This document shows, piece after piece, positions 47,779 to 55,033 of a stretch of 55,033 nt of DNA. The notes beneath the pieces were generated by a model. It searched no databases and was not told the origin of the DNA. It saw only the letters and a list, made by a program, of their open reading frames with translations. Numbering within the stretch: the stretch's first letter is position 1; every line of letters starts with the position of its first letter. The stretch is from a bacterium (lineage in GTDB: Bacteria > Patescibacteriota > Minisyncoccia > UBA6257 > JAGOQP01): NCBI GenBank assembly GCA_021780615.1, contig JAJXYJ010000020.1, positions 1 through 55,033 of the forward strand, in the 5' to 3' direction. The translations under genes and the position numbers were made by a program.

Positions 47779-49089
47779 ATGCTCATCAAGATAAAACAAC
47801 TTACCCTCGTTGCAGGAGATATTGTCACGCTGTACCTCAGTTTATTAATCACTCTCATCTTCCGCTACGGCCTTATCTTTAGCAGATATATCCACGATCA
47901 CTTGGGGCCTTTTTCAATTGTTTTTGCCTGTTGGATAATTATCTTCTACATCGCCGGCCTCTACGATGTCAAAAACCTCAAAAACACCCTTTCGTTCCTG
48001 CGACAATTTATGATTGCCATTTTTGCCGGCACCATCACCGCCATCTCAATGTTTTATGCCGTCAAATATTTCAGCATTTCTCCAAAAACAAACCTCGCCA
48101 TTTTTGTTATTATCTTCTTTTTTATCGGCGCTATTTGGCGATTCTCATTTAACACATTCATCAAAACTCCCCAACGCGCCACCCTCATCATCGGCGATGA
48201 TCCGGAGCTACAAGAACTTGCAACATTCATCACTCATAATCCGCAAGCAGGCTACCACATCACTGCCCACCTCACGATACACGATGCCTCCCACCAAGAC
48301 ATCACCACCATCATAGAAAAAAACAACATTGATACCATTATCATACAACAGCACGCCCCGCTCACCTCGTCGGCTCATATATACGAACGCATTGCCCAAC
48401 GCGTTGACGTTATGGATAGCATCGAAGCCTATGAACTTTTTTTCAAAAAGCTTCCCCTCGCACAGATCGAAACCTCTTGGATTATGACCCATCTCTCCCG
48501 CCATTCCTCAGCCTACGAAATTATCAAGCGCCCCATCGAAGGATTTTTAGCCCTCATACTTACCATCATACTATCTCCGCTCCTCATACTCATTTATCTT
48601 CTCGTTATACTCACCTCGCGCGGTGGCGGCATATATAAGCAACTACGCGTCGGCAAACAAGAAAAAACATTTTTCATCTATAAATTTCGCACGATGATTG
48701 CCAACGCTGAAACAAGTGGCGCGCAATGGGCACAACACAAAGATCCGCGCATCACGCCACTAGGAACGTTTTTACGCTTCTCACACATAGACGAACTGCC
48801 TCAACTGATTAACGTCATCAGAGGCGATCTTTCTTTTATCGGCCCTCGCCCCGAACGTCCCGAATTTGTTAAGGAATTAAGTGAAAAAATCCCCTACTAC
48901 ACTCTCCGCCACATCATCAAGCCCGGCATTACCGGCTGGGCACAGATCAACTACCGCTACGGCTCCTCCGTGCAAGATGCCTATGCCAAACTCCAATATG
49001 ATATGTACTACGTCAAAGAACGCTCTTTTATCTTTGATGTACTCACCATCCTCAAAACGATAAAAATGTTTTTATTCAATTACGCATAA
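47779..49089 (+). CDS. priming undecaprenyl-phosphate sugar-1-P transferase (WcaJ/WbaP family)
   Basis: TM helices, IYKFRTM, DPRIT..G.FLR..HIDELPQL.NV.RGDLSFIGPRPERP, KPGITGWAQ. Confidence 0.93.
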   Translation: MLIKIKQLTLVAGDIVTLYLSLLITLIFRYGLIFSRYIHDHLGPFSIVFACWIIIFYIAGLYDVKNLKNTLSFLRQFMIAIFAGTITAISMFYAVKYFSISPKTNLAIFVIIFFFIGAIWRFSFNTFIKTPQRATLIIGDDPELQELATFITHNPQAGYHITAHLTIHDASHQDITTIIEKNNIDTIIIQQHAPLTSSAHIYERIAQRVDVMDSIEAYELFFKKLPLAQIETSWIMTHLSRHSSAYEIIKRPIEGFLALILTIILSPLLILIYLLVILTSRGGGIYKQLRVGKQEKTFFIYKFRTMIANAETSGAQWAQHKDPRITPLGTFLRFSHIDELPQLINVIRGDLSFIGPRPERPEFVKELSEKIPYYTLRHIIKPGITGWAQINYRYGSSVQDAYAKLQYDMYYVKERSFIFDVLTILKTIKMFLFNYA

Positions 49090-49235
49090 AATGAAATAAG
49101 GAGTACGTAGTAAGAAATAAGGAAGACATGAAATACTAACTTCTTCCATACTACATATTCCTTATGACGTACATCCAAACCAAGATTTATTTATAAAATT
49201 CAAAAATTAAAAATTAAAAATTTACTACCACCCAT

Positions 49236-49769
49236 ATGCACAACGAAACACAAAAAACATTTTCATACCTGTGGCTTAAATTCAAAAGTGGCGTCAGCGT
49301 CAGCATCACCATTGTATTCATTTACCTTATCGTAAAATTTGTCATACAAAATGTGTTAGCGCCCACCAGCTTCATCAGCCAAAACATTCTTGTACAACTC
49401 ATCATTGCCGTTGCACTCATTATTATTTTTGGCATCATTGTCGATAAACTCAAAAAGAAACGATCATGGCTCTTATCATTTCTTCCCACATCCGTACTAG
49501 AACGCAAAGAGGTTCGATTCTGGGACGGCGACAAGTATATTAAAGGTATTCTCACCGGCTTTCGCATGAACACGCGCAACGGCGAGGAAATAAAGTTGGG
49601 AGAAATTTCTTTGGCAAACGGTGGGCCCACTAGTGTGGGACTTATTCCTATGTACGAAGTTCCCGAAAATGAATTGGAATATACCGGCCGTACGTTTAAA
49701 GACGCCATCATTGAAACCATAACCCTTGGTGCCGCCGGTAAAAAGAAGAATAGTATTCTCCCTGAATAA
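49236..49769 (+). CDS. hypothetical membrane protein (2 TM)
   Basis: 177-aa ORF followed by a terminator. Confidence 0.7.
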   Translation: MHNETQKTFSYLWLKFKSGVSVSITIVFIYLIVKFVIQNVLAPTSFISQNILVQLIIAVALIIIFGIIVDKLKKKRSWLLSFLPTSVLERKEVRFWDGDKYIKGILTGFRMNTRNGEEIKLGEISLANGGPTSVGLIPMYEVPENELEYTGRTFKDAIIETITLGAAGKKKNSILPE

Positions 49770-49795
49770 AAAGTGTCTGTAAAAAACAGACTTCA

Positions 49796-49828
49796 AAAAG
49801 CCCCTGTGGTTTTACCACAGGGGCTTTT
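49796..49828. terminator. bidirectional rho-independent terminator
   Basis: AAAAGCCCCTGTGGT-ttt-ACCACAGGGGCTTTT. Confidence 0.85.
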
Positions 49829-49939
49829 ATATCCCGCAACCATCTTCTTTATTGGCACCGCGTAGCGAGTAAAATGCAAAAGTGAAACTTTTAAATTTCC
49901 GAGCACACAAGCCAAGAAGGAGTGTTTATCACCCCTTCA

Positions 49940-50740
49940 TTAGAAGCCAAAGAGATGGCTGAAAAATTGTCCGATTTGTCTAAAGGGTGCAAAGAAACCA
50001 AAATTATTTTGCGGAGCACCGCCCGATGCATGAGATGTTTGATCCACCAGCGTTGATGCGGTTACTGCCGTGCCTTGCACGACTCCTTGCACCACAACCC
50101 GATCACCAACCTGCACGTTTGAAAGAGTACTTACGGCATTGCCCATAACCACTTTTGCATTTGATGTATCAATAGTGTAGCGAATACCGGTAGTCGTTCC
50201 CACCACAACACTCGATCCATTCATACTCACCACACTTCCTGCCACCACCGGCTCACCAGTACCCACAATGGGAGTGGAGGTGCCATGCATCCCATAGATG
50301 CCAACTCCCCGTCCGGGCATCTGCCCATCACGAATTACCGTCGCAACAATTGACGTGCCTTGCAGAGTGCCTTGCACCATAACCCTATCTCCCGTGGCAA
50401 TGGATGCCACCGTGCTTGTTGCTCCATCTTTTATAACCTGCGCGGTACTCGCGTCAACACTGAATACCGTTGGATTTGCCTGCGGTACTGGCGTGTTTGC
50501 CACCCCTCTTGAAGGAAATCCTTGTGTTCGGGTAACCGTCAAAGTGGTGCCACTAATAGAGGTAACAGTTCCCACAACTGCTGGTCGAGCGCCTGACCCT
50601 GGTGCTCCACGGTGCATACCGCCTACCTCATGTACTGGTTGATTCACCGTTGCGGCAGACACTGAAAGCGTCATTCCCAAACCAATCACCGCCCCCAGAG
50701 CCACCATGACAAAAAAATATTTTTTCATAAACATATTCAT
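49940..50740 (-). CDS. exported protein with two repeated beta domains (DUF5666-like)
   Basis: signal peptide; two repeats of the form V.G.V.S..G....V...D.S.A.V......I..GDRV.VQG. Confidence 0.75.
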   Translation of the reverse strand: MNMFMKKYFFVMVALGAVIGLGMTLSVSAATVNQPVHEVGGMHRGAPGSGARPAVVGTVTSISGTTLTVTRTQGFPSRGVANTPVPQANPTVFSVDASTAQVIKDGATSTVASIATGDRVMVQGTLQGTSIVATVIRDGQMPGRGVGIYGMHGTSTPIVGTGEPVVAGSVVSMNGSSVVVGTTTGIRYTIDTSNAKVVMGNAVSTLSNVQVGDRVVVQGVVQGTAVTASTLVDQTSHASGGAPQNNFGFFAPFRQIGQFFSHLFGF

Positions 50741-50858
50741 ACAATGTTACTCATAATGTGATCGAGACAAATCATCTCAATACACTAGTAATACGTACCG
50801 AGCTACAAAAAAGGTGCGTTCGCACCTTTTGCTATTTTATGTACCATTCTTAAAAATG

Positions 50859-51040
50859 GTCATTCCGAACGTCTCACGAAGAATCTGTATTGAGATGCTT
50901 CGCCTTCGGCTCAGCATGACAAACAAAGGTTGCCATCCCAAGTATAAAACCCCCTCTGTCATCCTGATCCGCCCAGGGCGGAGAAGGATCTCATACCATC
51001 TTACACAATAGATTCTTCACCTTTGGTTCAGCATGACAAA
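50859..51040. repeat. two tandem REP/RPE-like palindromic elements GTCAT...ATGAC
   Basis: GTCATTCCGA..GAAGAATCT..AGATGCTTC..TCAGCATGACAAA (50859-50923) and GTCATCCTGA..GAAGGATCT..AGATTCTTC..TCAGCATGACAAA (50958-51040). Confidence 0.8.
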
Positions 51041-51101
51041 TTACCAATTACTAGTTACCGATTACCATATATCCTCCATTCAAAATTCAATCCGCCAATT
51101 T

Positions 51102-51166
51102 ATTGAAAATTCTATAATTATAAAATTGATTGGAAATTGAAAATTAATTATCTCTTACTAATTACC
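51102..51166 (+). repeat. 65-bp direct repeat, copy 1
   Basis: differs from 54122-54186 at 2 positions. Confidence 0.92.
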
Positions 51167-51257
51167 CCTCCTCCGCTTAAGCTATGGAGGACACGCAATT
51201 ACTGATTACTGTTTTTTAATCCCTCCTTTCAATCGAAATTCAAAATTCAAAATTGTC

Positions 51258-52739
51258 TCACTGACTACCAATCTCTCTCCTCCTCAAAATCTCCTTCATC
51301 TTACCCCACCCCTCACTCAAGCTCTCCTCCCGTAAAACTAAGAGAAGTCCAAAGTAAGTTATAAGTCCCGCCCCCACAATCGCATACACATTCATATTTA
51401 TTTCACGTAGTATCACCAGCACCACCGCCATCCCTGCCGATGCGGCAACAATCTTGCCAATCTGGTGCCACACGCGAAAATGAAACTCCCGGCGCATCAC
51501 CCGCATCAAATACACCGTAATAATAATCTGATTGATAACCGTCGAAAGCGCCGCTCCATCAATACCCAAAAAAGGAATCAAAAGAAGATTAAATGCAAAA
51601 TTTCCCACCACGCCCAAAATGACATACGTAAATAATTTTCGTTCTTGGTTGAGTGCAAAAACGGCATTGCCAAACATCGCCGACAAAAACACCGGCAAAA
51701 ACGTTAAGCTTAAAATACGAAATGCCGCCACGCCATACAAATACTGCGCGCCATAAAGAATATGCACCACCTCCCAGGCCAACACCGCGCCCCCCACCGT
51801 CAATGGCACCGCCAGCATGGTAAGCAGTGATAATCCTTTTTCCAAAATCGCCTTCATGCGGTCCTTGTTATCCATAAGTCGCGCCATGGAAGGAAAGAAC
51901 GCGATAGAAATCAATCCGGGAATCAAATAAATCATCTGAATCACCCGCTGTGCCGCCCCATAGTATCCCACATCCTGTATGCTCCCAAACCACCCCACCA
52001 TCACCGTATCAGTATTAAGCATAATTACTCCCATCACCGCCACCATACCAAACGGCCAACTGGCCATAAATATTTTTTTTACCAATCTCTTGTCAAACGA
52101 GCGATACGCATTGCGCACGTACGCGCGAAATGGATAAAATGCCGTCAAAAATCCGATAAACGTACCGGCAATATATCCCCAAATAAGCGCCTCGGCAGTC
52201 CTGGCAATCATCAGTGCCGCAAAACCAAAAATAACAATGGATATATTAGTCACCATCTGTACCATGGACTCCACCTGCATCCGCTCCCATGCCCGCGATA
52301 ACGTCGCTCCAAAATCCCGCAACCCATCAATGCCCAACATAATGACCACCAAGGGAATGAGCTCAAGCACCTCCCCTTGTTTAATAAAGAGCGGTGTCGC
52401 TCCCAACACAAATACCATAATCGCCACAAACATCAACACCTTAATCACCAATGCCGTGGCAAAGTATCGTTCTTGTACCGATAGATCTCTGCTGGACTCA
52501 CGAGTAATAACTGCGTTAATGCCAAAGTCCATAAACACCGTAAAGAGCGCCGCCAAACTGGTCACATACGAAAACGTACCCCACTCGGACACCCCCATCA
52601 CCCGAGCGGCATAGATAATAATCACCAGCTTAATAAGCCGCGAAAAAATCTGACCGATAAACAGCCAGAAGGTGTTTTTTACGATAGTCTGCTTAACCGT
52701 CGTGTTATGAAATAAGAAAGATTTTACGCGCCGTATCAT
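51258..52739 (-). CDS. Wzx-type polysaccharide flippase
   Basis: KNTFWL, DFGI...ITRE, NTDTVMVG, VGYYGAA, NLLLIP.LGIDGAA; many TM helices. Confidence 0.9.
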   Translation of the reverse strand: MIRRVKSFLFHNTTVKQTIVKNTFWLFIGQIFSRLIKLVIIIYAARVMGVSEWGTFSYVTSLAALFTVFMDFGINAVITRESSRDLSVQERYFATALVIKVLMFVAIMVFVLGATPLFIKQGEVLELIPLVVIMLGIDGLRDFGATLSRAWERMQVESMVQMVTNISIVIFGFAALMIARTAEALIWGYIAGTFIGFLTAFYPFRAYVRNAYRSFDKRLVKKIFMASWPFGMVAVMGVIMLNTDTVMVGWFGSIQDVGYYGAAQRVIQMIYLIPGLISIAFFPSMARLMDNKDRMKAILEKGLSLLTMLAVPLTVGGAVLAWEVVHILYGAQYLYGVAAFRILSLTFLPVFLSAMFGNAVFALNQERKLFTYVILGVVGNFAFNLLLIPFLGIDGAALSTVINQIIITVYLMRVMRREFHFRVWHQIGKIVAASAGMAVVLVILREINMNVYAIVGAGLITYFGLLLVLREESLSEGWGKMKEILRRREIGSQ

Positions 52740-52969
52740 ATATGCTCCGCCAAAACAATATCCTGCATCATAGCACAAACCGGGCAAATTTCGAATTTTG
52801 AATTCTGAATTTTGAAACGAAAAATGGATGCGATGTCTTATTTGAAATTCGAAATTATCCCACCAGTTACCAATTACTGCTTACCAGTTACTGATTACTA
52901 CTCTCTCCTCCTTAATACTTCCTCCTGAGACATTAGTCATTATCTTTTAGTCATTGTATACTTATCCCC

Positions 52970-54100
52970 ATGTCCCGTATCCTCATCATCGTTACCAAAG
53001 GAGAAATCGGCGGCGCGCAAACGGTAGTCGCTTCCCTTGCCCGTGGCCTCAAAGAGGCCGGCTTTGACGTTGTTGTTGGTTGTGGTGCCGACACCGGATC
53101 ATTTCTTGAAGAAGAACTTAAAAAATCACTCATTCCCGTTGTCTCATTTAAAAAATTAACTCGTTCCCACAACCCCTTCTCTTTTATTGCCTTCATCGCC
53201 GAACTCCGCACTTTTCTCAAAAAGAATCATTTTGACGTGGTGCATTTCAACAGCACCAACACGCTCTTTGGCGCCATCGCCGCCAAACTCGTTCGTCCCG
53301 CGCCCAAAACCGTATTCACCTTCCATGGACTTTCATTTTTAGACCCTAATCACGATGGCAATGCATTCGTCAAAATTGCCTACTGGATTGCCTTTAAAAT
53401 ACTCATCTGGTTTGTGGATGTCCCCGTGTTTGTGAGTAAAAATAATCTCAACTATACCCGCGAAATCCGTATTACCGCACGAGGCGTTGTTGTCTACAAC
53501 GGCACTTCGCACCAATTTATAGACGGCCAAGAAGCACGTGCTACCCTAGAAGGCTACGCTCATACGCCACTGCAAGACGCCCTCCTCATCGGCTCCATCG
53601 GCCGTCTTGCATACCCTAAAAACTACGAATTTTTTATGCTCGCGGCAAAAGATTTGCACCAAAAATTCCCCGCCGCCCGATTTATCATTATCGGCGATGG
53701 CCCCGACCGCGCCACCTACGAGCATGTAATCGCTTCATTGGACATCGCCTCCATCGTCATTCTTGCCGGCGAAATTCCCCATGCGGAAAATTATTTACAA
53801 GCCTTTGATATCTTCACCCTTACCTCGCTCTACGAAGGCGCACCCATGACACTCATTGAGGCATTGTGCGCCGGCATTACTACCCTCTCTCCCCGCGTCG
53901 GCGGGATTAGCGAAATAATGGCCGACGACAACACGCAACTCTTTGATTCACAGAATATGGCGCAATATGAAGAAAAAATGACTACCCTCATAACCAACAC
54001 CACCCTGCGAATGCAGAAAGCAGTCTGGAACCAAGAACGCTCACACAAATTTTCCACCGAAAATATGGTTCAAAGCTATATCAAGATATATGGAAAGTAA
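52970..54100 (+). CDS. glycosyltransferase family 4
   Basis: GGAQ, DVVHFN, TFHG, IGRLAYPKNY, IIGDGP, SLYEGAPMTLIEA. Confidence 0.92.
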   Translation: MSRILIIVTKGEIGGAQTVVASLARGLKEAGFDVVVGCGADTGSFLEEELKKSLIPVVSFKKLTRSHNPFSFIAFIAELRTFLKKNHFDVVHFNSTNTLFGAIAAKLVRPAPKTVFTFHGLSFLDPNHDGNAFVKIAYWIAFKILIWFVDVPVFVSKNNLNYTREIRITARGVVVYNGTSHQFIDGQEARATLEGYAHTPLQDALLIGSIGRLAYPKNYEFFMLAAKDLHQKFPAARFIIIGDGPDRATYEHVIASLDIASIVILAGEIPHAENYLQAFDIFTLTSLYEGAPMTLIEALCAGITTLSPRVGGISEIMADDNTQLFDSQNMAQYEEKMTTLITNTTLRMQKAVWNQERSHKFSTENMVQSYIKIYGK

Positions 54101-54121
54101 TGTATTTGTAATAAATTTTTA

Positions 54122-54186
54122 ATTGAAAATTCTATAATGATAAAATTAATTGGAAATTGAAAATTAATTATCTCTTACTAATTACC
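54122..54186 (+). repeat. 65-bp direct repeat, copy 2
   Basis: ATTGAAAATTCTATAATGATAAAATTAATTGGAAATTGAAAATTAATTATCTCTTACTAATTACC. Confidence 0.92.
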
Positions 54187-54208
54187 AATTGTTAATTACT
54201 TCACCTTC

Positions 54209-54973
54209 ATGCCTTCCGTCTCCATCATTCTTCCCACATACAACGGTTCACGATTCATTACGCAGGCAATCGACAGCGTGCAAAAACAAACATTCCCCGA
54301 TTGGGAACTTATTGTTATTGACGACGGCTCGACCGATGACACCGCGCACATCATACAAACATACGCACAAAACGACCCGCGCATCACCCTGATGAGGCAG
54401 GCAAATGCCGGTCAGGGCGCGGCACGCAAAAACGGCATTACCCGCGCACAGGGCGCATACATCGCACTCATCGACGATGATGACGTGTGGCAAAACCCGC
54501 TTAAGCTTGAAAACCAAATGGCATTTTTCTTCAAACATTCCGACCACGTGCTGGTTGGATCTGCAAAAACGGAACTCATAAACGAAGCGGGAGAGAACAT
54601 CACCTGGTACAAAAATCCCCAAAGCGATGAAAATATCCGCAATCACATGCTTCTTAAAAACTGCTTCATTACCTCATCAGCTATATTTTCAAAAACCGCA
54701 TACGAAGCGATTGGCGGCTTTTCGAACATGCGCCTTTCGGAAGACTACGAACTTTGGCTCCGCATGGGGAAAGAAGGAAAACTAGCAAACATAGAACACG
54801 CCGACGTGGCATACCGTATACGGCACTCATCAAGTAGCGCATCCCGCCGCCTCAAGCTCTGTGCCAACACACTCTCCCTTATTATTCAACATAAAAATGA
54901 CTACCCACATTTTCTACGAGCATACATCAAGGGCCTACTGCGCTTCCCCTATTATCTTATCAATAAATCATGA
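54209..54973 (+). CDS. glycosyltransferase family 2
   Basis: VSIILPTYN, VIDDGSTD, ALIDDDD, SEDYELWLR. Confidence 0.93.
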   Translation: MPSVSIILPTYNGSRFITQAIDSVQKQTFPDWELIVIDDGSTDDTAHIIQTYAQNDPRITLMRQANAGQGAARKNGITRAQGAYIALIDDDDVWQNPLKLENQMAFFFKHSDHVLVGSAKTELINEAGENITWYKNPQSDENIRNHMLLKNCFITSSAIFSKTAYEAIGGFSNMRLSEDYELWLRMGKEGKLANIEHADVAYRIRHSSSSASRRLKLCANTLSLIIQHKNDYPHFLRAYIKGLLRFPYYLINKS

Positions 54974-54976
54974 CCC

Positions 54977-55012
54977 TTTCATTCCAACGTTCTTGAGAAC
55001 GTTGGAATGAAA
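54977..55012. repeat. 36-bp palindrome/hairpin after the GT2 gene
   Basis: TTTCATTCCAACGTTCT-tg-AGAACGTTGGAATGAAA. Confidence 0.88.
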
Positions 55013-55033
55013 ATAAAACACACATCATAAGAT

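Noticed and set aside
277-54200. CRISPR array interpretation of the repeats
   Set aside because: No regularly spaced identical repeats with unique spacers, and no cas-like ORFs.
1-55033. Alternative genetic code (UGA=Gly, as in Gracilibacteria/Absconditabacteria)
   Set aside because: Long conserved genes are uninterrupted under code 11, and TGA ends secD, wzx and GT2.

Overview
Core chromosomal segment of a small-genome bacterium, most likely Patescibacteria/CPR (Parcubacteria-like). This assignment is inferred from the short RpoB, a compact Rel, an EF-P with an MQQR loop, a membrane-anchored Clp ATPase, a sigma4/HARE-HTH protein and a VirD4-like ATPase pair. Genetic code 11. Content in order: rel, parAB, tRNA-Leu(CAA), rpsF-ssb-rpsR, rpoBC, rodA-mltG, tsaD, FAD oxidoreductase, mnmA, murC, efp, VirD4/HerA-like ATPase with partner, secDF, glycerate kinase, ileS, smpB, tmRNA, infC-rpmI-rplT, NUDIX, Clp-like ATPase, a trxB-mgtC-grx-dsbA cluster and the start of a surface-glycan cluster. 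I saw no CRISPR array, rRNA, transposase or integrase. The unexplained structure is mostly non-coding: (i) a family of 36-42 bp palindromes centred on CGA(T/C)CG, two copies differing by a compensatory base pair; (ii) pervasive 7-nt-periodic repeats that also sit in frame inside tsaD and mnmA; (iii) a duplicated tRNA 5' half carrying a hairpin insertion; (iv) 65-bp direct repeats around wzx plus a glycosyltransferase. Protein-level oddities are IleRS2 with a GIHH motif and an inserted histidine-phosphatase domain, a DsbA with a prepilin-like signal, and a Clp ATPase with a degenerate first NBD. Start codons were often moved downstream of the ORF-track start. All product calls come from motif recognition, not database searches.
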